Shown one piece after another: positions 32,032 to 41,964 of a stretch of 64,000 nt of DNA. A model generated the notes under the pieces. It was not told where the DNA came from. It searched no databases and saw nothing but the letters and a program-made list of their open reading frames with translations. This DNA comes from an uncultured Actinomycetota bacterium (lineage in GTDB: Bacteria; Actinomycetota; Actinomycetes; Propionibacteriales; Nocardioidaceae): the NCBI GenBank assembly GCA_963782305.1, contig CAWAJJ010000006.1:99463-163462 (forward strand). The letters run 5' to 3'. Numbering within the stretch: position 1 is the stretch's first letter; each line of letters starts with the position of its first letter. A program made the position numbers and the translations under genes.

Positions 32032-32652
32032 GTGCAGGTAACAACCCCGTCCGTCGCCTCGACCGCTCGGCGCACCCAGATCGTCGCCGCCACCATCGAG
32101 GTGATCGCCGACGACGGGTTCGCCCAGGCGTCGTTCGCGCGGATCGCCGACCGCGCGGGACTCTCCAGCACCCGGCTGATCTCCTATCACTTCGCGAACA
32201 AGGACGAGCTGATCGGCGCGGTCGTCCAGGACGTGCTCGCCGGCATCGGGGCGTACGTCGGCAACCGGATCGACGCCGCCGAGCAGGCCGCCGGCGCGGG
32301 GAACGCCATCGCCATCCTCACGGCCTACATCGAGGGCAACATCTCGTTCATCGCCACCCACCGCCCGCAGATGCAGGCCCTCCTCCAGATCGTGCTCAGC
32401 GCCGCCGGGCTGCCGAACAACCCGGACAACAAGCAGGACCAAGCCGAGTCCCCGCTCGAGGGCCTGCTCCGCCACGGCCAGACGACCGGCGAGTTCCGGA
32501 ACTTCGACGTGACCGCCGTGGCCAGCGCCATCCAGCGCGCGATCGAGGGGCTCCCGTTCATGCTGGCCGCCCAGCCGGATCTCGACTGCGACCGCTACTC
32601 GGCGGAGCTGGTCGACCTCTACCTGCGCGGCGTCACGAAGGACGCACGGTGA
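32032..32652 (+). CDS. TetR family regulator (probably leaderless)
   Basis: RRTQIVAATIEVIADDGF..LISYHFANKDEL; TTGACG-17-TACTTT-6-GTG. Confidence 0.88.
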   Translation: MQVTTPSVASTARRTQIVAATIEVIADDGFAQASFARIADRAGLSSTRLISYHFANKDELIGAVVQDVLAGIGAYVGNRIDAAEQAAGAGNAIAILTAYIEGNISFIATHRPQMQALLQIVLSAAGLPNNPDNKQDQAESPLEGLLRHGQTTGEFRNFDVTAVASAIQRAIEGLPFMLAAQPDLDCDRYSAELVDLYLRGVTKDAR

Positions 32653-33374
32653 CCGCCCGCTCGCGACCAGCCTGGTTCCGCTACAGCCTGACCGCGCTCG
32701 ACTTCGTGCTGCCGGTCGTGCTGTTCTACGTCCTCCGGGCCGCCGGGGTGAGCGCCTACCTCGCCCTGCTGGCCGGGGCACTGGTCTCCCTGCTCAGCGC
32801 GGCGTACTCCCTGGTCCGCAAGCGCCAGGTCAACGGCGTGGCCACCTTCATGACGACGATGCTGGTCCTCAGCACGATCGTCACCCTCGCCAGCGGCAGC
32901 CCGCGGTTCCTGCTGGCCCGCGACGCCTGGGTCACCGGCGCCGCGGGGATCTGGTTCATCGCCAGCTGCTGGGCGCCGCGTCCGCTGGCCTACCACTTCG
33001 TCCTCGCAGTCGGGCAAGGTCGCTTCGGCTGGCCACCGGACTTCGAGGCGCGGTGGGAGCGGGCGCCGCGGTTCCGCCACATGTGGCGCGTGGCCAGCAT
33101 CGCCTGGGGCGTCGGCACGCTCCTCGACGCCGTACTCCGCTGGGTGATGGCCTACTCGCTGCCGATCGACGTCGTGCCCGTGCTCACCCAGGTGCTGTTC
33201 ATCGTCACCGGGGTCGTGCTGTTCGTCGTCACGAACGTCTACTACGTGCTCTCCGGAGCGATGTGGTGGGACTCCCCGCTCTACGACCCCGCGGACCAGC
33301 TCAGGAAGCGGACAGCTTCTTCTTGGCGGCCTCGGCCTCGGCAGCCATCAGATAGCCGGTCAGCATCGTCTTGA
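32649..33374 (+). CDS. VC0807-family membrane protein
   Basis: Multi-TM protein; GSPRFLLARDAW, RPLAY, FRHMWRVASIAWG. Confidence 0.75.
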   Translation: MTARSRPAWFRYSLTALDFVLPVVLFYVLRAAGVSAYLALLAGALVSLLSAAYSLVRKRQVNGVATFMTTMLVLSTIVTLASGSPRFLLARDAWVTGAAGIWFIASCWAPRPLAYHFVLAVGQGRFGWPPDFEARWERAPRFRHMWRVASIAWGVGTLLDAVLRWVMAYSLPIDVVPVLTQVLFIVTGVVLFVVTNVYYVLSGAMWWDSPLYDPADQLRKRTASSWRPRPRQPSDSRSASS

Positions 33375-33960
33375 GCTGTACGACGGCGTCCGGGTGCGAC
33401 TGCCCGTCCCGGATCGAGAAGTTCAGCATCGAGTAGGTGACGTGCACGAGCACCTCGGCGATCACCTGCCGGTGCCCGATCGCCGAGCCGGGGGTGAGCG
33501 GGGCGAGCAGCCGCGTCACCTGGCCCGCGAGGTCACGTTCGTGCTCGGCGGCGATCGCCCTGGTGGGCGGCGTGGCCTGCATCGCCAGCCAGACCGCCCG
33601 CCGCGACGGGTCCGTGCGCCAGAGCGCAGCCAGGTGGTCGAGCAGCTTCTCGAGCAGCTGCGCCCAGTCCAGGCTGGGGATCTCGGTCGAGAACCTCTCC
33701 AGCTCGATCTGCACGTTGACCGTGTCGAGCCGGTCGAGCTCGCAGATGATCGCGAACTTGTTGCCGAAGAACTGGTAGAGCGACCCGATCGGTACGCCGG
33801 CCCGCAGCGCCACCTGCTCGGAGGTGAACGCCTCGAACCCGACCTCGACCAGCAGGGCCCGGGCGGCACGCAGGATGTCGTCGAAACGCCGACGGCTCCG
33901 CTCCTGTGACGGCCGCCGTCGCGGAAGGAACTCCGCGGGGTCGTTGACCTGGCTGCTCAT
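33301..33960 (-). CDS. fasR: TetR regulator closely resembling Corynebacterium FasR
   Basis: PRRRPSQERSRRRF, VPIGSLYQFFGNK..ICELDRLDT, LWRTDPSRRAVW match the recalled FasR sequence; convergent with fas-acpS. Confidence 0.75.
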   Translation of the reverse strand: MSSQVNDPAEFLPRRRPSQERSRRRFDDILRAARALLVEVGFEAFTSEQVALRAGVPIGSLYQFFGNKFAIICELDRLDTVNVQIELERFSTEIPSLDWAQLLEKLLDHLAALWRTDPSRRAVWLAMQATPPTRAIAAEHERDLAGQVTRLLAPLTPGSAIGHRQVIAEVLVHVTYSMLNFSIRDGQSHPDAVVQLKTMLTGYLMAAEAEAAKKKLSAS

Positions 33961-34027
33961 ACCTCGAGGTTACTTGAGGGTAGCCGCTAATTCAGTGACA
34001 TCGCCCGCGCGGTGGACACCGTGGAAC

Positions 34028-34402
34028 TCAGCCCCAGTTCTCGGCCTTCGTCAGGCAGAACGGGTGGCCGGACGGGTCGAGCAGCACCCGCCAGGTCTCG
34101 CCGGGCTGGGGGTCGGCGACGGTCGCTCCGAGCTCGACGGCTGCCTCCTGGGCCGCGTCGAGGTCGTCGACGGCCAGGTCGAAGTGGAACTGCTTGCTGC
34201 CGTTCTCGTTCGGCCAGCCCGGAGCGGCGTACCCCTCGACCCGCCCGAAGCCGAGCGCGTTGCTCGGCCCGGTCAGCATCGCGTAGTCCTTCTCCGCGTG
34301 GGCCACGTCCCAGCCCAGCAGGCCGGACCAGAAGGCGGCGCTGGCCTCGGGGTCCGCGCAGTCCAGGGTGACCATGGCCAGGCGGGCGGTCGGGGTGCTC
34401 AT
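34028..34402 (-). CDS. VOC/glyoxalase family protein
   Basis: VTLDCADP..FWSGLLGW, HFDLAVDDL, LLDPSGHPFC. Confidence 0.88.
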   Translation of the reverse strand: MSTPTARLAMVTLDCADPEASAAFWSGLLGWDVAHAEKDYAMLTGPSNALGFGRVEGYAAPGWPNENGSKQFHFDLAVDDLDAAQEAAVELGATVADPQPGETWRVLLDPSGHPFCLTKAENWG

Positions 34403-34458
34403 TGGATTGGCCTCTCGTTGGAGATGTACGTGTCCCCCCACCCTCCTAGGATCTCGAC

Positions 34459-35295
34459 GTGGCGGCTAGGAAAAACGCGTCACCGGCGACCTCGACGGCA
34501 GCCGGTGTGCTGCGACCCGAGGAGCTGAGCAAGCACGTCCAGCTCGAGCGGATGGACTGCGATGCGGCGCTGGCGCCGTGGGTGGAGAACTACTGGATGC
34601 TCCGGTGGGACCTGCCTGCCGGCGCGAGCTACCTCAGCTCGACCCTGCCCCACCCGGCGTGCACCCTGAGTGTCGAGCGGGGCCATCTGCGCGAGGGCGT
34701 GACCGAGCCGGTCGTCGTGACCGGGGTGCAGACCCACCGGTTCGACGTCACCGTGCAGGACCAGGGCTGGGTGTTCGGCGTGAAGTTCCGCCCGGGCGGC
34801 CTGGCGAGCCTCGCCGGGGTGAGCGTCCGGCCGCTGCGCGACCTCACGGTGCCGGCGCGCGAGGTCCTGCCGACCGCCACGACCGACGCCTTCGGCGAGC
34901 TCGGCCCACACCTCAGCGCGGCCGAGTGCCGAGAGCGGGCCGACCAGGTCCTGCGTATGCCGGGTGCGGTCCCCGAGGCTTCCTACGAGACCCTGCTCGA
35001 GGTCATCGCCGTGATGCTCGAGGACCGGTCGCTGGTGCGGGTCGGCCAGGTCGAGGAGCGCTGCGGGATCGACAAGAGGCGACTGCAACGGCTCTTCGAG
35101 CGCTACGTCGGGGTCACGCCCAAGTGGACGCTGGCCCGCTACCGGATCCACGACGCCGTGATGGACCTCGACGGCGGGTACGCCGGGTCGCTGGCCGACC
35201 TCGCCGCCCGTTACGGCTGGTTCGACCAGGCCCACTTCACCCGCGAGTTCACCGAGCTGATCGGCGTACCGCCCAGCACCTATCAGCGGGTGTAG
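34459..35295 (+). CDS. AraC family regulator
   Basis: RRLQRLFERYVGVTPKW, LADLAARYGWFDQAHFTREF. Confidence 0.9.
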   Translation: MAARKNASPATSTAAGVLRPEELSKHVQLERMDCDAALAPWVENYWMLRWDLPAGASYLSSTLPHPACTLSVERGHLREGVTEPVVVTGVQTHRFDVTVQDQGWVFGVKFRPGGLASLAGVSVRPLRDLTVPAREVLPTATTDAFGELGPHLSAAECRERADQVLRMPGAVPEASYETLLEVIAVMLEDRSLVRVGQVEERCGIDKRRLQRLFERYVGVTPKWTLARYRIHDAVMDLDGGYAGSLADLAARYGWFDQAHFTREFTELIGVPPSTYQRV

Positions 35296-36854
35296 GTGAT
35301 CCTCACCCGTCCCGACCTGAAGACCTTGATCCTGCCGTGCTCGAAGCGGGCGGCCGTGCCGCGCTTGACCTTGCGCGACGCCGTGACCGGGAAACCCAGC
35401 CTCGAGCTGGTCTCGCCGCCCCGGATGTAGGCCCGCAGGACGCGGCCGCGGAGGTCGCGCGCGCCGACTCCCGGCTTGAAGTAGACCCGGCCGTGCTTGA
35501 ACTGGCGCGCCCGGCCGCCGGGAACGGCGTACTCCGCGCTCGTGGGCCTGCCGAGACGCGACTTGTTGCCGCCGAGCGCCTTCCAGCGGCGCGTGATCGG
35601 GGTGGCCGGAGCAGGAGCCGGGGCCGGGGTGGCGGTGCTGCCCGATCCGAACCGGAACCACTGCGAGCGAAGGCCGAACGTCGAGCGGAAGGCCGAACCG
35701 GTGAGCGAGACGTCGGCCTTGCTGCCGTCGAGGACCATCTGCTCGACCCGGCCGTACCACTCGCCGTTCCCGTCGCGTCGGGTGATGCCGATGCGCTGCA
35801 GGGTGCCCAGCTTCGGGTAGGCCTTCTGGATCTCAGCCCGGGTGAGCGTCCTGGTCCAGGTGTGCACGGGGTTGCCGCTGAAGCCGTCGTAGGGGTCGGC
35901 CTTGGCGACGAGGTACGGCACGCTGCCGGCGGAGAGCCAGCCGCCGCTGCTGGATCCGAACTGGGTGAACGCCGGGGTGCCCTGGTAGTTCAGCACCTGG
36001 TTCGCGGTCGCCGCCACGGCACCGTTGGATCGTGAGTCCTCGGCGCCCACCCCGCCGTACACCTGGCAGGAGGTGGTGTCGCAGGTCTGGTAGTAGCGGC
36101 TCGCGTGGTCGGCACGGTCCCGGGCCGCGTAGGTGCGGGCGGCCACGGCCTGCGCCTGCAGCGCGGCGCTCGCCCAGGACGCGGGCATCTCGCGGGGGAC
36201 GACGCCGCGGACATAGTCGTCCATGCTCAGCACGTTGACCGTGTCGGCGCTGCTCAGCCGCAGGGCGCCGCGGTAGGGCCGGGTGGCGCTGCCGACCCGC
36301 AGGCCGATGCTCGCCGGGCCGTGGAACTCGGCGTCCCCGGTCAGCGCCTCGCCGCCGGGCAGGTAGGCGTGCCAGGCGCCGTTGTCGTAGTCGAGCACCG
36401 TCCTGCCTGCGACCGTGCGAAGTCGCCAGGTCCTGATGCCCGCTGTCGCGGGGAGGACGTACGACGAGCCGCTGCTCACCTCGCGGACCCGAAGACCGCT
36501 GGCCGGGAGCACGCGCACGTCGTTGTCGGTGTCCGCGCTGATCAGGACCCGGATCGTCCCGGTGGTGGTCGCCAGGGTCGTTCCCGGGTAGTAGAAGGCG
36601 AGGATCTGACGGGCGGTCAGGCCCTGCTTCGCCGCTCCGTAGGCGCCGTACTGCGACATCCCGTGGCCGTGACCGAAGCCGTGACCGGTGAGCGCGAGCT
36701 TGCCACTGGCCGGGACCGCGTAGCTCTCGGAGACGTTGCGGCTGGCCTGGGCAGGCCCCGGCAGGAGGCCGACGACGACCGCCGTGGCGACCACTGCCAC
36801 CCCGGTCGCGGTGGCCTTGAAATGCCAGGAGAAGCGGCGTGCAGAGCGTGACAT
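35283..36854 (-). CDS. secreted SpoIID/LytB-domain protein with LGFP repeats
   Basis: Signal peptide, GHGFGHGHGMSQYGA, GVVPREMP..ALQAQAVAARTYA, CDTTSCQVY, LGRP/LGFP repeats. Confidence 0.9.
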   Translation of the reverse strand: MSRSARRFSWHFKATATGVAVVATAVVVGLLPGPAQASRNVSESYAVPASGKLALTGHGFGHGHGMSQYGAYGAAKQGLTARQILAFYYPGTTLATTTGTIRVLISADTDNDVRVLPASGLRVREVSSGSSYVLPATAGIRTWRLRTVAGRTVLDYDNGAWHAYLPGGEALTGDAEFHGPASIGLRVGSATRPYRGALRLSSADTVNVLSMDDYVRGVVPREMPASWASAALQAQAVAARTYAARDRADHASRYYQTCDTTSCQVYGGVGAEDSRSNGAVAATANQVLNYQGTPAFTQFGSSSGGWLSAGSVPYLVAKADPYDGFSGNPVHTWTRTLTRAEIQKAYPKLGTLQRIGITRRDGNGEWYGRVEQMVLDGSKADVSLTGSAFRSTFGLRSQWFRFGSGSTATPAPAPAPATPITRRWKALGGNKSRLGRPTSAEYAVPGGRARQFKHGRVYFKPGVGARDLRGRVLRAYIRGGETSSRLGFPVTASRKVKRGTAARFEHGRIKVFRSGRVRITYTR

Positions 36855-36894
36855 CTGTGACTCCAGTGACCCGTGTGAAGAAAATGAACTCGCT

Positions 36895-36976
36895 CATTAT
36901 CGCCACTCGATAATGCGAATTGTCCACGTTTTCTGGAATCACCGAGAACAGCTTTTTAATTACACGCCTGTAATTA
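36895..36976. promoter_or_regulatory. AT-rich upstream region with two perfect 8-bp-arm palindromes
   Basis: CATTATCG-n5-CGATAATG (36895-36915) and TAATTACA-n4-TGTAATTA (36957-36976). Confidence 0.55.
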
Positions 36977-37008
36977 GAGGAATGCCATTTCCTGCGACGG
37001 CCACTGGC

Positions 37009-38430
37009 TCAGGTGGGCGAGTGGTGCAGCCGCCGGGCCGCCTCGGCGACCGATCCGCTCATCGAGGGATAGACCGTGAAGGCGTGCGCCAGCTGGTCGA
37101 CGGTGAGCGACTCCGCGACCGCGATCGAGATCGGGTGGATCAGCTCGCTGGCGCGCGGGCCGACGACCACGCCCCCGACGATGATCCCGGTGTCGGGGCG
37201 CGAGAACAGCTTCACGAAGCCGTCGTGGACCCCCTGCATCTTGGCGCGAGGATTGCCGGCCAGGTCCAGCCGCACGGCCTCGGCGTCGATCTCGCCCTCG
37301 TCGACCGCCTTCTGCGACCAGCCGACCGTGGCGATCTCCGGGGAGGTGAACACGTTGGAGGAGACCTGCTTGAGGTCGATCGGGATCACCGCGTCGCCGA
37401 GGAAGTGCCGCATGGCGATCCGGCCCTGCATGGCGGCGACGCTGGCGAGCATGAGTACGCCGGTGCAGTCGCCTGCGGCGTACACCCCCCGGGCGGTGGT
37501 CCGGGAGACACGGTCGACCAGCACGAAGCCGCCGTCGTCCACGCCGACACCCGCCTCCTCGAGGCCGAGATCGGCGGTCTTGGGGACCGAGCCGAGGGCC
37601 AGCAGGCAGTGCGAGCCGACGACCGTGCGCCCGTCGGTGAGGGTCACGGTGACCTCGTCGCCGTCGCGCTTGACCGACTCCATCCGCGACCTGGAGAGCA
37701 CCTCCATGCCGCGACGGGTCAGCACGTCCTCCAGGACGGTGGCCGCGTCGGCGTCCTCTCCCGGCAGCACCCGGTCACGGGACGAAACCAGGACGACGTC
37801 GACGCCGAGCGCCATGTAGGCGCTCGCGAACTCCGCGCCCGTCACGCCGGAGCCGACGACGATCAGCTTCGTCGGGGTCTCGGTGAGGTCGTAGACCTGC
37901 TCCCACGTCAGGATCCGCTCGCCGTCGGGCTCGGCGGTCGGCAGCGTGCGCGGGGCGGCCCCGGTGGCGAGGAGTACGGCGTCCGCCTCGATGGTCTGCG
38001 TGCCACCTTCCGTCAGCTCGACGACCACGGCGCCGGTGCCCTCGAGCCGCCCGCGCCCCTGGACCACCTGCACGTCCTCCCGCTCGAGGCGCCGGCCGAT
38101 GTCGCTCGACTGGTCGAGCGCGAGCTTCTTGACCCGCTGGTTGACCCGGGCGAGGTCGACGACCACGTGGTCGGCCGAGTCGCCCTCGTGGTCCTCGAAG
38201 CTCACCCCGAGCTCGGGGGCACCGGCGAGGTCCGTCATCAGCTCAGCGGTGGCGATCAAGGTCTTGCTGGGGACACAGTCGGTCACCACGGCGGACCCGC
38301 CGAGGCCGTCGCTGTCGACCACGGTCACCTGCGCGCCGAGCTGGGCGGCGACCAGCGCGGCCTCGTAGCCGCCCGGCCCGCCTCCGATGATCACGACGCG
38401 GTTCGCCTGGCCGAAATGGGGTGTCGTCAC
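37009..38430 (-). CDS. lpdA: NAD(P)H-quinone dehydrogenase (LpdA-type flavoprotein)
   Basis: GGGPGG, GGSAVVTDCVPSK (single Cys), GSGVTGAEFA, FTVYPSMSGS. Confidence 0.9.
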   Translation of the reverse strand: MTTPHFGQANRVVIIGGGPGGYEAALVAAQLGAQVTVVDSDGLGGSAVVTDCVPSKTLIATAELMTDLAGAPELGVSFEDHEGDSADHVVVDLARVNQRVKKLALDQSSDIGRRLEREDVQVVQGRGRLEGTGAVVVELTEGGTQTIEADAVLLATGAAPRTLPTAEPDGERILTWEQVYDLTETPTKLIVVGSGVTGAEFASAYMALGVDVVLVSSRDRVLPGEDADAATVLEDVLTRRGMEVLSRSRMESVKRDGDEVTVTLTDGRTVVGSHCLLALGSVPKTADLGLEEAGVGVDDGGFVLVDRVSRTTARGVYAAGDCTGVLMLASVAAMQGRIAMRHFLGDAVIPIDLKQVSSNVFTSPEIATVGWSQKAVDEGEIDAEAVRLDLAGNPRAKMQGVHDGFVKLFSRPDTGIIVGGVVVGPRASELIHPISIAVAESLTVDQLAHAFTVYPSMSGSVAEAARRLHHSPT

Positions 38431-38520
38431 CCGGTCATTGTGTCGCACTGCCAACCGGCGTACGCCGCCCCTTAGGGTTGCGTCCGTGACTCCTCACCCC
38501 CCGACGCCGTACGGACCTCG

Positions 38521-38976
38521 ATGACGCCGTACGCCGCCTACGGGACGAACCTCGATCCCGCCCGGATGGGCGAGCGTTGCCCGCACTCCCCGCTGCGCGA
38601 GACCGGGTGGCTCACCGGCTGGCGCCTCACCTTCGGCGGCGAGGAGCACGGCTGGGACGGCGCCCTCGCGACGATCGTCCAGGACCCGTTCGAGCAGGTC
38701 TTCGTCGCGGTCTACGACGTCACCGACGAGGACGTCGCGGCGCTCGACGGCTGGGAGTCCGCCGACACCGGCCTCTTCCGCAAGACCAAGGTCCGGGTCT
38801 CGCTGATGAACTCGGAGGCCGTCGCCTGGGTCTACGTCCTCGACGCCTTCGAGGGCGGCCTGCCCTCGGCCACCTACCTCGGCACCCTCGCCGACTCCGC
38901 CGAGGCCGCCGACGCCCCCGCCGACTACGTCGCCGCCCTCCGCGCCCGGCCCTGCCGGTCGAACTTCGGGGGGTGA
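38521..38976 (+). CDS. gamma-glutamylcyclotransferase family protein
   Basis: [22 protein letters not shown]; divergent from lpdA as in mycobacteria. Confidence 0.85.
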   Translation: MTPYAAYGTNLDPARMGERCPHSPLRETGWLTGWRLTFGGEEHGWDGALATIVQDPFEQVFVAVYDVTDEDVAALDGWESADTGLFRKTKVRVSLMNSEAVAWVYVLDAFEGGLPSATYLGTLADSAEAADAPADYVAALRARPCRSNFGG

Positions 38977-39073
38977 CGGTTTCCCCGGTTAACCGGGGAT
39001 CCCTGACGTTTTCGGGCGTTGCTTTACCCCAAAAGCGCATGGTTCCCCGGTTAACCGGGGAGACCTGCACACC
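38975..39073 (-). repeat. ~100-bp repeat, copy C (two CCCCGGTTAACCGGGG hairpins)
   Basis: GACGGTTTCCCCGGTTAACCGGGGATCCCTGACGTT...CCCCGGTTAACCGGGGAGACCTGCACACC. Confidence 0.8.
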
Positions 39074-39089
39074 AACTAGGCTCCTCGAC

Positions 39090-39887
39090 GTGACCCAGAC
39101 CTACACCGAGGCCGCCCAGGACGCCGCTGCGGTTCTTGCCGAGAAGACCGGGGTCGAGCGCCACGACGTCGCCCTGGTGATGGGCTCGGGCTGGCTGCCG
39201 GCCGTCGATGCCCTGGGCGAGAGCACCGCCGAGTTCAGCTCGACCGAGCTCCCCGGCTTCGCGCCGCCGAGCGTGGCCGGCCACGCGGGCACGATCCGGT
39301 CGGTGCGGTCCGGTGACAAGAACCTGCTGGTCTTCCTCGGGCGTACTCACTTCTACGAAGGTCTCGGCGTGCGCTCTGTCGTCCACGGGGTCCGGACGGC
39401 CGCGGCGGCGGGCTGCCGGTGCGTCGTACTCACCAACGGCTGCGGCGGTCTCGACGAGCGCTGGTCACCCGGAACGCCGGTGCTGATCTCCGACCACATC
39501 AACCTGACCGCCACCTCGCCGATCGAGGGCGCGAACTTCGTCGACCTGACCGACCTCTACAGCCCGCGTCTGCGGGCGCTGTGCCGCGAGGCCGACGCCA
39601 GCCTGGACGAGGGCGTCTACGTACAGCTCCCCGGGCCGCACTACGAGACACCCGCCGAGATCGGCATGATCCGGGCGATCGGCGGCACATTGGTCGGGAT
39701 GAGTACGACGCTGGAGGCGATCGCCGCCCGCGAGGCCGGGATGGAGGTGCTCGGCATCAGCCTGGTCACGAACCTCGCCGCGGGCATCACCGGCGAACCG
39801 CTGAACCACGAAGAGGTGCTCGAGGCGGGCCGGTCGGCCGCTACGCGCATGGGCGAGCTGCTGGGTGGGATCGTCCCGCGGATCTGA
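39090..39887 (+). CDS. punA: purine-nucleoside phosphorylase
   Basis: [40 protein letters not shown]. Confidence 0.93.
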   Translation: MTQTYTEAAQDAAAVLAEKTGVERHDVALVMGSGWLPAVDALGESTAEFSSTELPGFAPPSVAGHAGTIRSVRSGDKNLLVFLGRTHFYEGLGVRSVVHGVRTAAAAGCRCVVLTNGCGGLDERWSPGTPVLISDHINLTATSPIEGANFVDLTDLYSPRLRALCREADASLDEGVYVQLPGPHYETPAEIGMIRAIGGTLVGMSTTLEAIAAREAGMEVLGISLVTNLAAGITGEPLNHEEVLEAGRSAATRMGELLGGIVPRI

Positions 39888-40012
39888 GTGGGGCTGCACG
39901 GGGCATCTCTTCAGGAGAACGGGGGTACTCCACCCCCCAGCGGCGGACGCGCCGTTGACATCGTCGTGACGTCCTCGATATCGATGACGCACACCGACCT
40001 CCGGAGGGTTAC

Positions 40013-40599
40013 ATGAGCGACTCGGACACAGAGACCGAGAACGAGACCAGCACGGATGACGGCAACGAGGGCGGCTCCATCCTCGACGAGGGCATCGACA
40101 CCGACGAGCGCGCCGGGCGCAGCCTCGGGATCGACCCGACGGCCGAACCCGACGAGGACACCGTGAAGGAGATCGAGGAGGAGCGCGACAAGCGCCTCGA
40201 CCCCGATAACCGACCCGAGAACGCGGAGGTCGACAACACCCCGCGCACCTTCGACGTGGAGCACGGCAAGTTCACCGACTCCGACGACTACGACGAGGGC
40301 GAGCCCGCTCCGTTCAGCGACCCGGAGGACCCGAACAACGACGACGACTCCGCCGAGGAGGGGGCCACCGAGGCCGACTCCGAGGACGACGAGGCCGAGG
40401 ACAAGGCTGAGGACAAGGCCGAGTCCGGCTCGGGAGATGACGCAGCTGGGGACAAGGCCGCGGACGACTCCGCGGACGACTCAGAGGACGACGAGGCCGA
40501 GGCCAAAGCTGAGGACGACTCCGACCAGGAAGACTCCGACTCGACTCCGACTCCGACGAGCAGAGCGACGACTCCGAGGACGAGAAGTCCGAGGACTGA
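40013..40599 (+). CDS. extremely acidic hypothetical protein (probable 1-base deletion at ~40541)
   Basis: GGAGG RBS; D/E/S-rich; the acidic pattern continues in the -1 frame (DSDSDEQSDDSEDEKSED*) to TGA 40597-40599. Confidence 0.65.
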
Positions 40600-40683
40600 C
40601 AAACCGGATGGGGTTGTCGGCCCTTCCCTGACGTTGTGGGGTGTTGCAACGCCCGAGAACGTCAGGGATCCCCGGGTAACCGG
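40598..40683 (-). repeat. ~100-bp repeat, copy D, left part (right part 41944-41962)
   Basis: GACAAACCGGATGGGGTTGTCGGCC...CCCCGGGTAACCGG | IS30 | CGGGGAAACCTGCACCCC. Confidence 0.85.
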
Positions 40684-41943
40684 GGCGGATTCGGGCCGTG
40701 GATGCAACACACGGTTTGTCTCATGGGTTCAGCAGGAGCTGGTTCATGAGTTCTTGTGGGCGAGCATAATCGAGCCGTTTGCGGGGGCGGTCGTTCATTT
40801 CGTGCTCGACGAAGAGCAGGCGCTGTGCGTCGTGGGTTGAGAGGTCGGTGCCTTTGGGGAAGTACTGGCGCAGGAGGCCGTTGGTGTTCTCGTTGGAGGG
40901 CCGGTGCCAGGGGGTGTGCGGGTCGGCGAAGTAGATGTCGATGTCGGCATCGACGCGGACCTGGGCGTGGTTGGAGAGTTCCTTGCCCTGGTCCCAGGTC
41001 AGGGACTGGCGTAGTGAGTCGGGCAGCTCGATCAGGCGCTTGGTCAAGGCGGCAGTGACGTGCTCGACTCCACGTCCTTGGGGCAGGTGGAGCAGCAGCA
41101 GGTAGCCGGTGGCACGCTCGACCACGGTCCCGATCGCGGAGGCGTTGGCCTTGCCGATGATCAGGTCGCCCTCCCAGTGGCCCGGGATCCGGGTCCCGTC
41201 GGGCTTGTCGACCGGGGGCCGGTCGTGGATCGAGACCATGTCGGGGATCTGACCCTGACCAGTCGAGCGACCATGGGTTTGGGGTCGGCGCATGACCCGG
41301 CCCGAGCGCAGCGCCGCGGCCACCTCACGCTTGAGCTCGCCGCGGGGCTGGAGGTAGATGAACCGGTAGATCGTCTCGTGGTGCACGTTCATCGCCGGAT
41401 CGCGTGGGAAGTCACGGGCCAATCGTCCCGCGATCTCCTCCGGGGAGTATTTCTTGCCCAAGAAGAACAACACCTTGGCCCGCAACGCAGGGCTCGACTC
41501 GATCTTGGTGACCTGGGGCCGCTTTGCGGCGGTGATCGCGATCGCGTGGGCCCGCTTGGCGGCGTACTGACCCCGGACGTCCTTGTGGTTGTTGATCTCT
41601 CGACTGATCGTGGAGGCGTGCCGGCCCAGATCGCTCAGCGATCGCCCGCTTCGAGCGTTTCTGCTTCAGCCCGATCTCGATATGGACCCGGTCCTCATAG
41701 GAGAGCCGTGCACGGCTCTGGCACCGTCTCGGGCGGATCCCACCCGCCTCAGAGATCCGGTGATAGACCGTCTTGCGGTCCCACTCGAGCACCTCGGCCG
41801 CCGCGGACATCTCCAGACCCGACTGCCACAACCCCCACATCAACTGCTGGCGATCGAGCAACATACGCGGCGAGAACCGGGGATCCCTCATCAACATCAA
41901 CACCTTCAAATCATCGGTGTTGCATCGACGCCGCGAGACCGCC
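40684..41943 (-). mobile_element. IS30-family insertion sequence, 1260 bp, 27-bp imperfect IRs, 3-bp CGG target duplication
   Basis: Left end GGCGGATTCGGGCCGTGGATGCAACAC vs right-end revcomp GGCGGTCTCGCGGCGTCGATGCAACAC; CGG at 40681-40683 and 41944-41946. Confidence 0.92.
40721..41909 (-). CDS. IS30 DDE transposase (one extra base at ~41638)
   Basis: LSYEDRVHI..GRHASTISRE HTH, HETIYRFIY, GHWEGDLI, TWDQGKE, NENTNGLLRQYFPKG, NDRPRK. Confidence 0.92.
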
Positions 41944-41964
41944 CGGGGAAACCTGCACCCCCCG

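Noticed and set aside
41620-41645. Programmed frameshift in the IS transposase
   Set aside because: IS30 transposases are single ORFs, no slippery heptamer is present, and the pattern matches the other indel errors.
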